Shown: piece by piece, positions 25,298-40,075 of the stretch
Layout: each line of letters opens with the position of its first letter
How positions within the stretch are numbered: position 1 is the stretch's first letter
NCBI GenBank assembly: GCA_964016885.1
Contig: OZ024742.1
Location: 203,112,001 to 203,176,000 of the forward strand
From: Eledone cirrhosa
Lineage: Eukaryota
DNA length: 64,000 nucleotides
Direction: 5' to 3'
Translations under genes and position numbers: made by a program
The notes under the pieces: model-generated
The model's database searches: none
The model's input: only the letters and a program-made list of their open reading frames with translations
What the model was told of the DNA's origin: nothing

Positions 25298-25319
25298 CAT
25301 ATACCTATATATATATATG

Positions 25320-25406
<87 letters not shown>

Positions 25407-26361
25407 ATATTTGGGGAGGGTCATATTTGCGTAATATTGCCAGAATTAATAACAGAACACACTCACTGTTTGGTTGGTTTTCGCTTCTCGCTGTCTTTTA
25501 TATCTGCGATCTAACTTACTCGGTCCTCAATGTTGCCATTGACTGACCGGCGGTCAAAAATAATACAGATACAATATAGACACAAACACATATATATAGT
25601 TTACATAATTTACATAAATCTTATATATATATATATCTTGAATTGGCCAGAGATGAAAATTTCCAGATATATTTAGGTATGACTTTCTTTATTTATTCTT
25701 TGTGTGAAATATTGATTGTTTTTCCGGTATCTTGTCTCTGTTTTAGCCTGAGAAAATACCTATATGCATGTATAAATAATACATGCATATATTTATTTTT
25801 TTTATATCCAATTGAGTTCTTCACGCATGGTTAAAATTCTAGACAGAATTAATTGACCTGCGTGCATATTATTTTATCCTTTTATGTTTTGTGATGACCC
25901 TCCCTTCCCGCTTGGTGACGGTGTGAGATTTATCTTTGTGAGACTGCTGGAATTTCAAATTTGGCGGACACTCTAACACTGACGGGTACCTACGCTGAAT
26001 GTTAATATCGGTAGGGTTTTTTTTATATCGATATTGTTGGGCATCCACTTATGATTTATAAGTGCCCACCTGCATATATTCCTATAGACTATGTGTAGGC
26101 TTCTACATAACCTGGACATTATTTTCCAAACTTGTAGAAAACTTATAATGAAACGATCGTTTGGAAAGAGGGATATATTTAATTATGTCTCATATAAAAT
26201 AATACAACTGGCTATCCTCAAAATACGAATAGTTAGCACCCCAAACGTATAATTGGGATTATACTAAGGTATATCCTAATGTTTGTTGAGTGAGACGGAA
26301 GTCGGTCGGAGTATTGCTTAAAGCTTTCTCTGTTAATGTATTAAATATATATATATATATA

Positions 26362-26469
<108 letters not shown>

Positions 26470-27687
26470 GTATATATATATATATGTTGTTATACTTTGG
26501 GAGGGTATATATACATATATGTGTGTATGTATATGTATACATATACATATATATATACAAGTTAAAACAATGAAATAAAAAATCAAGTCATTAGAGATAT
26601 ACGTCACTGCTTTACGATCTTTTCTAGATGATAATAATACATTGTATCTATACTCAGTTATTGATCTATGTAAGTTTACAAATTATCAGATAGAAAGAAT
26701 ATTTACTTACATGCATATCACCAGCTGTTTTCAAAAGCAATAATAATTTTATTCAATAATAATTTTACTCAGAATTAGTAGTATGTTAGTATCATGTCCT
26801 TATTTGGAGGTGGTTGAAGAACTAACGAATCAAATTGAAGAACTAACGAATCAAATTGAAGAACTAACGAATCAAATTGTTTTTTTCATATGGTGTTAAG
26901 ATGAAAAGTAATACACTTTAGTTGAGGTCTTGACCCTTTGAAAGGAATGGTTGAAAGGTGTTAGTAGAAATGGCATAAAAAATCTATTAGGAAGAAAGGG
27001 GATTGTCAAACCGATAGTTGAACGTATCTTGTATAGTGAATTTAAAAGGAATGTCAAAATAAACGGTGATTAGTGTTGTATTGGGTTTTAAGGTGAATAT
27101 AAGTTAATGTTATGGCTAAGAAAGATAGTATATTGAAAGATGATAATTAAAATGAGATAATGTGATATAGTAATGCGATAATATACAACTTAAAAAGAAT
27201 ATAGTACGGTGTGGTAAATTGCACTCAGTATAATATAACATATTATACACTCTAAAATATTACTAAGTATGTTTATGCATAAACAATCAAACTCATATAA
27301 GTACATGTTAGCATAGTTAAAACACATAAATTTCATAGTCTACAAAGTGCACATATTCATACCACATATAGAGAGATATTGATATCTAACCAAAATATAC
27401 ATACGTGCAAATAGATGCAAACCTAAATACACATCCACACGCATGCATATAATCATATATATACATATCCATACATATCTATATCCACACATACACATCT
27501 ATACCGCCATATATACATATACATATACAGATTCATACACATACACACACCCACACACACACATATATATATACACACACACACACACATACCTACATAC
27601 ATATATACATGTACATACATATAGACACACACATACATACATATATACATACACATATACACATATATACATATATATACACACACA

Positions 27688-27719
<32 letters not shown>

Positions 27720-27809
27720 CATATATATATACATATATAGATATATATATACATATATATACATATACATACACTCACATATATATATATATACATATAC
27801 AACACACAT

Positions 27810-27850
<41 letters not shown>

Positions 27851-27981
27851 TATACACACCCATATATATATACATATATATACACATATACATACACATA
27901 CATATACATACATACACATATACACATACATACACAAGCATATACATATATACACATATACACATACATAAACATATATAT

Positions 27982-28046
<65 letters not shown>

Positions 28047-28053
<7 letters not shown>

Positions 28054-28480
28054 TAAAATAACAGATTAAAGTTTAAGCAAAGAATCGCTGCTTTCACCCT
28101 TAACGGGATCTTCTATTACTATTTGGCTCCTTCGGTTGAGCACTCTACTGACTTATATTCATCATGCAGAAACAACATCTGAATATTTCTACCCGTACCA
28201 AGCAGGAAAACATACCTAAACCAAGCAGGAAAACATACCTAAAAGTCCTGAACCAAAGTATCGTCTTCCTGTCTTCCTCCGGTTGCAACGTTTTTTGAAA
28301 TATCCAGTTCTGCGTTTACAGATTGACTTTGTTAGTTTCAGAAGATCCCGTTAAGGGTGAAAGCAGCGATTCTTTGCTTAAACTTTAATCTGTTATTTTA
28401 ATAAATATTTGCTCTTCGGTTCTTATATATTTGATATATATTTTCCTTATCGAGCCCTCTTTGGATTTTAGTCATCAATT
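28047..28480 (+). mobile_element. Penelope pLTR remnant with inverted partial copy
   Basis: 28047-28112 is inverted against about 28340-28405; same family as 735-899; internal 23-bp tandem duplication accaagcaggaaaacatacctaa. Confidence 0.75.
28334..28384 (+). ncRNA. Hammerhead-like motif (CAGAAGA core)
   Basis: Stem I agttt/aaact, stem II ccc/ggg, GAAA, stem III agca/tgct, then U. Confidence 0.55.
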
Positions 28481-28490
28481 TTATTATTAT

Positions 28491-28537
<47 letters not shown>

Positions 28538-28765
28538 TATATAGTATTAAGGATACTATTTATGGTTATATATATATACTAAAACTTTTTATAGTTATAT
28601 ATATTTTAAACCCTAAACAGTGAAAGAGATGTATGTCTCTTGTGTTGGAAAGCAGGTCATGTATGTAAACAAACATTGAAAAATGCTCCGAAGCAATCAA
28701 ACCACGGTTTGGATGAAACCATTGTAAGCTAATAAATGGTTTGAACAGAACTTTGATTCATGTGA

Positions 28766-28853
<88 letters not shown>

Positions 28854-28925
28854 TATGTATATGTATATGTATATCTGTATATATGTATATGCGTGTGTAT
28901 GTGTATGTGTGTATGTATGTATATG

Positions 28926-29014
<89 letters not shown>

Positions 29015-29367
29015 TTGTGTATATATATGTGTATATCGAGTTACATAATTATTACATAATTATTGGAAATCTCAAAATGCGGACGAAACCATGGTAGAGG
29101 TATTTAAATGTATTCTATTTTCACCTAGTTTATTTTACACCTAATTCTGTTTAATTGACTGTATCTGGGCGATTACGCTGTCGAAATATTCGATAAATAT
29201 TCCGCTGCGGCCGACGCGAAGGGCTAGTTTCGGTTATTTGTTGGAGATTTCTTCATAGAAGCCTCGTTCTTATAGCCTGGTCTATTCGATTTTTTATATA
29301 GTTATTTATGCTAATTGGGAGAGGAAATGGTATATATTTTATCTTGTGATTCTATAGACATGTTTTA

Positions 29368-29418
<51 letters not shown>

Positions 29419-30111
29419 GGAGGTGAGTTTTATTGTAGTACACTAAAGCAATGCAGATATCGGATAAGAAGCACTCTACAGTTTGTAGGACTGGAGTATA
29501 CATAATATATAAGATCAAAAGATGGTTAAAAGAGTTTCATGGAACTCTTTTAACCATCTTTTGATCTTATATATATATATACACAAATATATACACACAT
29601 AAATATATTTCCATATCATATATAGATGTTTATTTTCATTCATGCAATTACGGGTGGCTGTGTATCTTGTTGCCTTTAGTCATTAACGCATACATCTAAG
29701 GAAGCTAAAACATTAAAAGGCAAAAATAAGCATGAAAGCATATAATTAGGGGAAAGAGGTACTAATAAATGTTATTCTATACGGAATTATAGTGAGTTGC
29801 TATTTAGAATATTTAATTAGGTTTATAGTATTTAATTAGGTTTAGAGTATTTAATTAGGTTTATAGTATTTAAATGTTTTTACATTAACTTATATCATGA
29901 CTCTGTTTTCCTTTTAATGTTTTATTGTTTTCTGAGATTTATCTTAACCTACAATATTTTCAACATATGGATTAAATTGAGTTCTTCTTGCAGACTAGAC
30001 CGCACAACTAACAGTGGATACCTCTGTATATATATATATATATCCTATATTGCGTGTGCATTTGTTGTATCTTGAGTGTGTGTAATCGAATGTATATTGC
30101 TATTCCATGTG

Positions 30112-33100
30112 TGTATATAGTGGTGTGTGTGTGTGTGTGTAGTGGTGTGTGTGTGTATGTAGTGGTGTGTGTGTGTATGTAGGTGTGTGTGTGTGTGGAT
30201 GTAGTGATGAGTGTGTATGTAGTGGTGTGTGTGTATTTAATGGTGTGTGTGTATTTAATGGTGTGTGTGTATGTATGTAGTGGTGTGTGTGTATGTAGTG
30301 GTGTGTGTGTGTGTATGTAATGGTGTGTGTGTATGTATGTATGTAGTGGGGTGTGTGTGTATGTAATGGTGTGTGTGTATGTATGTAGTGGTGTGTGTGT
30401 ATGTAGTGGTGTGTGTGTGTATGTATTGGTGTGTGTGTATGTAGTGGTATGTGTGTGTGTGTAGTGGTGTGTGTGTGTATGTAGTGGTGTGTATGTATGT
30501 ATGTAGTGGTGTGTTTGTATGTAGTGGTGTGTGTGTGTATGTAGTGGTGTGTGTGTATGTAGTGGTGTGTGTGTATGTAGTGGTGTGTGTGTATGTAATG
30601 ATGTGTGTGTATGTAGTGATGTGTGTGTATGTAGTGATGTGTGTATATGTATGTAGTGATGTGTGTGCATGTAGTGGTGTGTGTCTATGTATGTAGTGGT
30701 GTGTGTGTATGTAGCGGTGTGTGTGTATGTAGTGATGTGTGTGTATGTATGTAGGGATGTGTGTATGTAGTGGTGTGTGTGTATGTAGTGGTGTGTGTGT
30801 ATGTATGTTTTGATGTGTGTGTATGTATGTAGCGGTGTGTGTGTATGTAGTGGTGTGTGTGTATGTATGCAGTGATGTGTGTGTGTGTATGTAGTGGTGT
30901 GTGAGTGTGTATGTAGTGGTGTGTGTGTATGTATGTAGTGGTGTGTGTGTGTGTGTATGTGGTGGTGTGTGTGTATGTATGTTTTGATGTGTGTGTATGT
31001 ATGTAGCGGTGTGTGTGTATGTATTGGTGTGTGTGTGTGTATGTAGTGGTGTGTGTGTGTGTATGTAGTGGTGTGAGTGTGTATGTAGTGGTGTGTGTGT
31101 ATGTAGTGGTGTGTGTGTATGTAGTGGTGTGTGTGTATGTAGTGGTGTGTGTGTATGTAGTGATGTGTGTATATGTATGTAGTGATGTGTGTGTATGTAG
31201 TGGTGTGTGTCTATGTATGTAGTGGTGTGTGTGTATGTAGCGGTGTGTGTGTATGTAGTGATGTGTGTGTATGTAGTGGTGTGTGTGTGTATGTATGTAG
31301 TGATGTGTGTGTATGTATGTAGGGATGTGTGTATGTAGTGGTGTGTGTATGTAGTGGTGTGTGTGTATGTTTTGATGTGTTTGTGTGTATGTAGTGGTGT
31401 GAGTGTGTATGTAGTGGTGTGTGTGTATGTATGCAGTGATGTGTGTGTATGTAATGCTGTGTGTGTATGTAGTGGTGTGTGCGTATGTATGTAGTGGTGT
31501 GTGTGGATGTAGTGGTGTGGGTGTGTGTGTGCATGTAGTGGTGTGTGTGTATGTATGTTTTGATGTGTGTGTATGTATGTAGCGGTATGTGTGTATGTAG
31601 TGGTGTGTGTGTATGTATGCAGTGATGTGTGTGTATGTATTGGTGTGTGTGTATGTAGTGGTGTGTGAGTGTGTATGTAGTGGTGTGTGTGTATGTATGT
31701 AGTGGTGTGTGTGTGTGTGTATGTGGTGGTGTGTGTGTATGTATGTTTTGATGTGTGTGTATGTATGTAGCGGTGTGTGTGTATGTAGTGGTGTGTGTGT
31801 GTGTATGTAGTGGTGTGTGTGTGTGTATGTAGTGGTGTGAGTGTGTATGTAGTGGTGTGTGTGTATGTATATAGTGGTGTGTGTGTATGTAGTGGTGTGT
31901 GTGTATGTAGTGGTGTGTGTGTATGTAGTGGTGTGTGTGTATGTAGTGGTGTGTGTGTGTGTATGTAGTGGTGTGTGTGTGTGTAGTGGTGTGTGTGTAT
32001 GTATGTAGTGGTGTGTGTGTGTGTATGTAGTGGTGTGTGTGTATGTATGTTTTGATGTGTGTGTATGTATGTAGCGGTGTGTGTGTATGTAGTGGTGTGT
32101 GTGTGTGTATGTAGTGGTGTGAGTGTGTATGTAGTGGTGTGTGTGTATGTATGTAGTGGTGTGTGTGTATGTAGTGGTGTGTGTGTATGTATGTAGTGGT
32201 GTGTGTGTATGTAGTGGTGTGTGTGTATGTATGTAGTGGTGTGTATGTATGTAGTGGTGTGTGTGTATGTAGTGGTGTGTGTGTATGTATGTAGTGGTGT
32301 GTGTGTATGTAGTGGTGTGTGTGTATGTATGTAGTGGTGTGTGTGTATGTAGTGGTGTGTGTGTGTGTATGTAGTGGTGTGTGTGTATGTAGTGGTGTGA
32401 GTGTGTATGTAGTGGTGTGTGTGTATGTATGTAGTGGTGTGTGTGTTTGTATGTAGTGGTGTGTGTCTATGTATGTAGTGGTGTGTGTATATGTAGTGGT
32501 GTGTGTGTATGTAGTGGTGTGTGTGTGTGTGTATGTAGTGGTGTGTATGTATGTAGTGGTGTGTGTGTATGTAGTGGTGTGTGTGTATGTAGTGGTGTGT
32601 GTGTATGTATGTAGTGGTGTGTGTGTATGTAGTGGTGTGTGTGTATGTATGTAGTGGTGTGTGTGTATGTAGTGGTGTGTGTGTATGTATGTAGTGGTGT
32701 GTATGTATGTAGTGGTGTGTGTGTATGTAGTGGTGTGTGTGTATGTAGTGGTGTGTGTGTATGTATGTAGTGGTGTGTGTGTATGTAGTGGTGTGTGTGT
32801 ATGTATGTAGTGGTGTGTATGTATGTAGTGGTGTGTGTGTATGTAGTGGTGTGTGTGTATGTATGTAGTGGTGTCTGTGTATGTAGTGGTGTGTGTGTAT
32901 GTATGTAGTGGTGTGTGTGTATGTATGTAGTGGTGTGTGTGTATGTAGTGGTGTGTGTGTATGTATGTAGTGGTGTGTGTGTATGTAGTGGTGTGTGTGT
33001 ATGTATGTAGTGGTGTGTATGTATGTAGTGGTGTGTGTGTATGTAGTGGTGTGTGTGTATGTAGTGGTGTGTGTGTATGTATGTAGTGGTGTGTGTGTAT

Positions 33101-33330
33101 GTAGTGGTGTGTGTGTATGTATGTAGTGGTGTGTATGTATGTAGTGGTGTGTGTGTATGTAGTGGTGTGTGTGTATGTATGTAGTGGTGTCTGTGTATGT
33201 AGTGGTGTGTGTGTATGTATGTAGTGGTGTGTGTGTATGTATGTAGTGGTGTCTGTGTATGTAGTGGTGTGTGTGTATGTATGTAGTGGTGTGTGTGTAT
33301 GTATGTAGTGGTGTGTGTGTATGTATGTAT
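30112..33330. repeat. 3.2-kb tandem array of 18/22-bp units (atgt)1-2agtg(gt)n
   Basis: Directly visible; source of the spurious 1301-aa and 726-aa ORFs. Confidence 0.97.
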
Positions 33331-33399
33331 CTACATGTGGAAGTGTACCCAGTAATAAGGTGATGTTGGCCATGGCATAGACAATAGCCATAACTCCTA

Positions 33400-33855
33400 T
33401 CGATGTTGATGATGGTGGTGGTGATGGTGGTGGCGTGGTGGTGGTGGTGGTGGTGGTGGTGGTTATGGCTGTGGCGGTTGTGGTGGTGGTCGTGGTGGTG
33501 GTCGTGGCGCTTGGTTGTGGCGTGGCGGTAGAGGAGGTGGTAGGTTTGCTGGTGGTGGTGGTGGAGAAGCTGGCTTGGTGGTGGTGCTGGCGGGGTGGCG
33601 GTGGTGGTGGAGGCGGTGACTGTGGTGGCGGTGGAGATGGTAGCTTGGTGGTGGGGATTGTTGAGGTGGTGGCAGTGGTGGTGGTGTGGGCTTGGTGGTG
33701 GTGATGGTGGGGATGGTGATGGTGTCAGTGGGGTCAGTGGTAGTGGTAGTGGTGGTAATGTTATGATGGTGATGGAGATGTCAGAAATAGGAGTAGTAGT
33801 AGTAGTAGGAGTAGTAGGAGTAGTAGGAGTAGCAATAGTAGTAGTAGTAGTATTA
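33400..33855. repeat. (GGT)n / (AGT)n low-complexity tract
   Basis: Directly visible. Confidence 0.9.
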
Positions 33856-33987
33856 AGAAGAATAGGTAGACGGAAGATGGACCGAATAAGAGAACAATAA
33901 GAAGACACACGCATATATGTCTGTGTACCTGTTGTCCCGTATGTATCTATATATGTCTGTATGTATGTATATATGTCTGTATGTATG

Positions 33988-34021
<34 letters not shown>

Positions 34022-34219
34022 TGTATGTATGTATGTATGTATGTATGTATGTATGTATGTATGTATGTATGTATATATGTATGTATTTATATATGCATGT
34101 ATATAGGCACACACATATATACACATATATATAGATGCACACACACATATATATATGCACACAGACATATCTATCTATCTATATATATATATATATTTAT
34201 ATGCACACACATATGCATT

Positions 34220-34301
<82 letters not shown>

Positions 34302-34361
34302 CATATTGCGATGAAATACCAATGATGGTTGGAAAATCACTGACGAAGGACTATTTTTATC

Positions 34362-34458
<97 letters not shown>

Positions 34459-34459
34459 G

Positions 34460-34496
<37 letters not shown>

Positions 34497-34600
34497 CCAT
34501 ATATATATATATACATATATATATACATATATATATATATTTGTGAATTTGCGTCTATGTGTGTGTATGTTCGAATGTATACAGATGAATGGTGTGCGCT

Positions 34601-34790
34601 GGAGAAGAAGAAGAAGAAGAAGAAGAAGAAGAGGGAGGTGGAGGAGGAGGAGGAGGAGGAGGAGAAGAAGAAGAAGAAGTAGAAGAAGAAGAAGGAGGAG
34701 GAGCAGGAGGAGGAGGAGGAGGAGAAGAAGAAGAAGAAGAAGAAGAAGAAGAAGAAGAAGAAGAAGAAGAAGAAGAAGAAGAAGAAGAAA
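34601..34790. repeat. Polypurine (GAA)n/(GGA)n tract
   Basis: Directly visible. Confidence 0.95.
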
Positions 34791-34961
34791 TTCCAACGTC
34801 CGTCACATGAGACGCGGCAGCCAATGAGAATACAAAACTGAGAGGGAAAAAAGGAGCAAACATGGCGGACCATCAATAACTTTAAAATAGAAACTAATTA
34901 GAAAGCCGCGGGGAAATATTTAGTTGCTAACCTTTCAATTCTTGGCATTTTTATTTAAATT

Positions 34962-35047
<86 letters not shown>

Positions 35048-35278
35048 CTCACACACACATCCGCATGTGCAAGCACACATGCACACACACACATACACAT
35101 ATATAGACACACGGACACATACGGACACACATTGTATTGTTTAGTCGTCTCAGTCAATAGGCTGCGGCCATGCGGGGGCAACGTCGTTAACTATTTATTT
35201 TTAATATATATTTTTTTCCAGTCTGGTATATAATTGATCTATCTTTGTCAAGTTCTGGGACATAAATATAAGCATACC

Positions 35279-35332
<54 letters not shown>

Positions 35333-35480
35333 AATGTACACACACACACACACATTAAAGCACCAGTAATGTACTGGGGTCGTTTAATCAACCGTTCCCC
35401 CCCCCACCACACTCACAAAGAAAAATTGCTGGCCATGTGCCTATAGTAGAAACACACACACACACACACACACACACAAT

Positions 35481-35517
<37 letters not shown>

Positions 35518-35577
35518 AGGAAAAAAGATGAAATCGAAAATGCAACTGGAGTCTTTTTAAGAATATTTATTTGGTTC

Positions 35578-35613
35578 CTTTACCGGTTTCGCAGTTCTTA
35601 TGCTTTTCAAAAG
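35578..35613 (-). ncRNA. Minimal hammerhead-like motif, TTGAAAA core
   Basis: ctt-TTGAAAA-gca taagaac tgc-GAAA-ccgg-TA-aag; palindromic stem III ACCGGT; decayed relative at about 627-662(-). Confidence 0.55.
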
Positions 35614-35635
35614 TAGAATTGAGCTGGGGGTTTTG

Positions 35636-35741
<106 letters not shown>

Positions 35742-35867
35742 TTATATATGTGTGTGTGTGTGTGTAAATCTGAGTTAGAATATTAATAATAATATTCGAC
35801 TCGTTTACAATTATGTAAACAGCCTCTTTAAGCCATGTGATGAGAAGGAACGTGTAATATATACTCA

Positions 35868-35993
35868 AGGTTAACGTATGTTGATGCCCTAAGGACAGAC
35901 ACTGGTCTGTTGGAGACGTGGGACATGGCAGCGATAATGAGGGACAGAGACCGCTGGCGAGAACTCGTTCATGGATCTAGGGAATCTTACACG

Positions 35994-35997
<4 letters not shown>
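35868..35997 (+). mobile_element. RTE-like LINE 3' end (further family)
   Basis: Hand translation [34 protein letters not shown], similar to the 24173/45458 peptides. Confidence 0.65.
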
Positions 35998-36035
<38 letters not shown>

Positions 36036-36037
<2 letters not shown>

Positions 36038-36280
36038 GTAGTTCCACATCAGTTAGTTCCCCATACCGATAACATTTGTTCTCGGTATGGTGAACTAACT
36101 GTTGTTTAACCACTTCTATCTAACTCGTCCCATGGACTGAGTGCTCTACTACTACGAATATAACCCTCCAGTGTTCTACTATATTCACCTTAGCGGATCC
36201 TCTGCTCGTAATTACGAGCTGAGGATCCGCTAAGGTGAAACAATTGTTCTCAGTATGGTGAACTAACTGTTGTGTAACCA

Positions 36281-36283
<3 letters not shown>
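36036..36283 (+). mobile_element. Rearranged pLTR of the Penelope family at 39455-40076
   Basis: ctcggtatggt.aactaactgttgt.taaccactt occurs twice here, at 40040-40076, and inverted at 39515-39555. Confidence 0.8.
36216..36251 (+). ncRNA. Minimal hammerhead-like motif
   Basis: gag-CTGAGGA-tcc gctaa ggt-GAAA-caattg-TT-ctc; palindromic stem III ACAATTGT. Confidence 0.65.
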
Positions 36284-36370
<87 letters not shown>

Positions 36371-36828
36371 ATGTGTGTAGGTGCATACATATATATGTGT
36401 GTGTCAGTGTGTGTGAATTGTATTTCTTTCCGTGAACAAAGATAAATACGCCAACTACGTCGCCGTCGACGGCGATGAAACTAGATTTAGAAGTACATAT
36501 AAAATTGTATTTTTGCCATTGCCTATCTACCATCTTGTCTGTCTGCTTTGGTGTGTCCGACATGTTCTTCTCTATCTCTCCGCACTCTCTTTTTCTCACA
36601 CACACTCAACTCTTCTCCTTCTCCATCTCACTCCCCACCTCCCGTCTCTCACTCTACCTACCAATTTTGAGAAAAAAATCTTGCAATCCTTGACCTGTCA
36701 ATCTTAATTAACTAACTCTCTTTAATACCCCCACCTGACCTTCGGGCTTACAATATTGTTATTGTTACCATATATCTATGTATATATGTGTACGTACATG
36801 TATGTATATGTATATGTATATATACTTA

Positions 36829-36909
<81 letters not shown>

Positions 36910-36928
36910 ATATATGTGTACGTGCATG

Positions 36929-37170
36929 TAGGAAGAAAGGAGCACTTGCACAACACGCTCCTGGAGTTGATGGTTGTTCTATCGACGGGGTATTAAACAA
37001 CCCATTTGTGGGGCCTCACCCCTCCCCCTATTGTGGATTTCGATTGTTGTAATTTTTTGTTTTTATATTTTTTACACGACTGTATGTAAAATCTCCGGCA
37101 TGTCTTTGTATTGTCCCCTTTTCTTGTGCGCCCTTGTGGCTAATAAAGAAATATATCTCTATATATATCT
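36929..37170 (+). mobile_element. Tx1 family B 3'UTR-only insertion
   Basis: Matches about 15793-16015, ending ctaataaagaaatatatct. Confidence 0.9.
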
Positions 37171-37406
37171 GTGTGTATGTGTGTATGTGTGTGTGCGTGT
37201 GTTAACTCTCTACTTACACCTAACTTCTGATTTTATTGTTTAAACACATATTTACATATATATATTTATATATATATGCGTAAATATATATATGGATAGA
37301 TAGAGAAAGAAGCAAAGAGCGTGTGTGTGAGAGAGATAGAGAGAGTGGGGCGAGAGAGAGAGAGAGAGAATATTCACTGCACGGCGACGAAGAAGAATTT
37401 TGTGGT

Positions 37407-37514
37407 CAGAGTAGCACTCAATGCCATAGTAACACTCAGTGCCAGAGTAACACTCAGTGCCAGAGTAACATTCAGTGCCAGAGTAACATTCAGTGCCAGA
37501 GTAATACTCAATGC
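37407..37514. repeat. 18-bp tandem repeat x6 (cagagtaacactcagtgc)
   Basis: Directly visible. Confidence 0.92.
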
Positions 37515-37848
37515 ATAATAATTCATAAACTTTCAACACAGGGCCTATTCCATTTCGACTGGTTTCGTTCTGGATTTCACACACACATGGTGTATGTGAT
37601 TCAGTGAATTACACGTTTAAATATACCCATCATCTCACAAATCACAACAGATACTCTATTTCTTGTTGAATTGCCTATCTGAAAAGCTGATCGATAATGA
37701 AGTCGGCTCCATAACCTCTATGAGCAACATTGGGCCAATATCCGCGAAACGTGCGTTACAGGTCGATACTTAATAAAAAAAACCTAACTACATATAAAAG
37801 AAACTTCATCGTTGTTCTCAATATATATATATTATAATTTCCCATCTT

Positions 37849-37884
37849 TCTTCTGATGAAGGCCTAGCGTCCGAAACGTTAAGA
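37849..37884 (+). ncRNA. Minimal hammerhead-like motif, canonical CTGATGA core
   Basis: tctt-CTGATGA-agg..cc-GAAA-cg-TT-aaga. Confidence 0.62.
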
Positions 37885-37968
37885 CCCTCTTCCTGCTATT
37901 TCAAGCGTTAACCTAATATATTCCTTCCATATACTGTACCGATTGTGTTGTTATTTCTGTTTACTTTT

Positions 37969-38016
<48 letters not shown>

Positions 38017-38039
38017 CATATATATTGAAAACAACGATG

Positions 38040-38070
<31 letters not shown>

Positions 38071-38258
38071 GGGTGTGGTAAGCTAGAAGGTGGACCCTAA
38101 CGCACCAGAGTACTCAATACTTAGGGTAGTAGAGTGAGTAATAGGGAAAGAGTCAGGAGTCCGACGGCTGAGCTCCGGCCATTTCGACAGCTGCTAGATC
38201 TGAAATATTCGGATCTAGCTGTCGAAACGGCCGGGGCCTGACTCCCCCCCCCACATAC

Positions 38259-38307
<49 letters not shown>

Positions 38308-38443
38308 CATATATACACATAATACTTATACAGATATAAAAGTTTACATCTTTGTCAATATATATATTCACAAATATTTATATATATATATATATATAGG
38401 AACAAGTGTGACCCCGAGGGCTTTGCTCAAGCCGCTTCGACGG

Positions 38444-38481
<38 letters not shown>

Positions 38482-39123
38482 TATGTATACGTACATACAT
38501 ATATGTATACAGACGTACAGTAGTATGTATATATATACATACATGCACACACATATATATATATATATATATGTACGTATGGATTTACCGAACATTTATT
38601 ATAATGCTCGGTTTGTTTATAAACAAACATCCAGAATTAAGCCGTACAGTGTTTAGCAACCCTCGTTGCCCTTTTGTTCAACACTGACAAATTAACGATG
38701 TACTAGTTTCAAGCTTATTAGCTATCGTCAGCACCATATACCTTCCTGCCAGATGATTGAATGTCTGAAAGTATATACTTTCCTTATGCATATTAACGGC
38801 TGAGTTGCCTCATTTGCATATGAAGTGAGTTAGTCGGCCGGGCAATAAGCGGAAAAAATGAAACGAAATTTCATTTCTCACTCTTAGTACGGCTGTTACT
38901 TAAATATAAGTATGTATACGTACATACACATATGTATACAAACCAAGCATTATATTAAATGTTCGGTAAATCCATACGTACATATATATATGTGTGCATG
39001 TATGTATATATATACATACTACTGTACGTCTGTATACATATATGTATGTACGTATACATACTTATATTTAAGTAACAGCCGTACTAAGAGTGAGAAATGA
39101 AATTTCGTTTCATTTTTTTCTAT

Positions 39124-39357
<234 letters not shown>

Positions 39358-39419
39358 CATACATACTTATACAGATATATAAGTATACATCTTTGACAAT
39401 ATATATATTCACAAATATT

Positions 39420-39453
<34 letters not shown>

Positions 39454-39454
39454 G

Positions 39455-40075
39455 TGGAACACTGGAAGGTAATATCCGTTGTGGTAGAGCACTCAGTCCA
39501 TGGGACGAGCTAGGTAGAAGTGGTTACACAACAGTTAGTTTACCATACCGAGAAATTACAAAGAATCAGTCCGGAGCCTTGTAGTTATGCAATAGGTGTT
39601 TCGCGACGTGTGGACAACGTGTGAAAAATTCATTTCTCGTGTTTAGGCAATCACTACTGCGTAATCTCTTACGAACCACAGGAGGTCAAATCCTATGTGG
39701 GCATGGCGGAGGGCCGATTTAAGGAACGTTTCCTGAACCACCAGTCTACCTTAAGGTACCCGGACAGACGTTCATTCACGAAACTTGCGAGCCACGTATG
39801 GTCCCTCAAGGACTCAAGTATAAACTACTCCGTTCAATGGAAAGCCATCACTAAGTCCAAGCCATATGCAAGGGGAAATCCGACGTGTGGCTTATGTATC
39901 GACGAACGAATAACTATTCCTAAGAGATTACGCAGTAGTGATTGCCTAAACACGAGAAATGAATTTTTCACACGTTGTCCACACGTCGCCAAACACCAAT
40001 TGCATAACTACAAGGCTCCGGACTGATTCTTTGTAATTTCTCGGTATGGTAAACTAACTGTTGTGTAACCACTTC

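Larger units (their letters stand above)
26560..29815 (-). mobile_element. Non-coding 3' region of the Penelope family at 57011-60613, interrupted by microsatellites and other insertions
   Basis: 26560-27510 matches 57011-58150; 29592-29815 matches about 58632-58866. Confidence 0.75.

Noticed and set aside
30255-34160. 1301-aa ORF and the many YIYI/THTH/CVCV/poly-E/K/L/F ORFs
   Set aside because: Translations of stop-free simple repeats.
37407-37514. CRISPR-like look of the 18-bp array (and the 17-bp array at 22464)
   Set aside because: No unique spacers, no cas genes, eukaryotic context.
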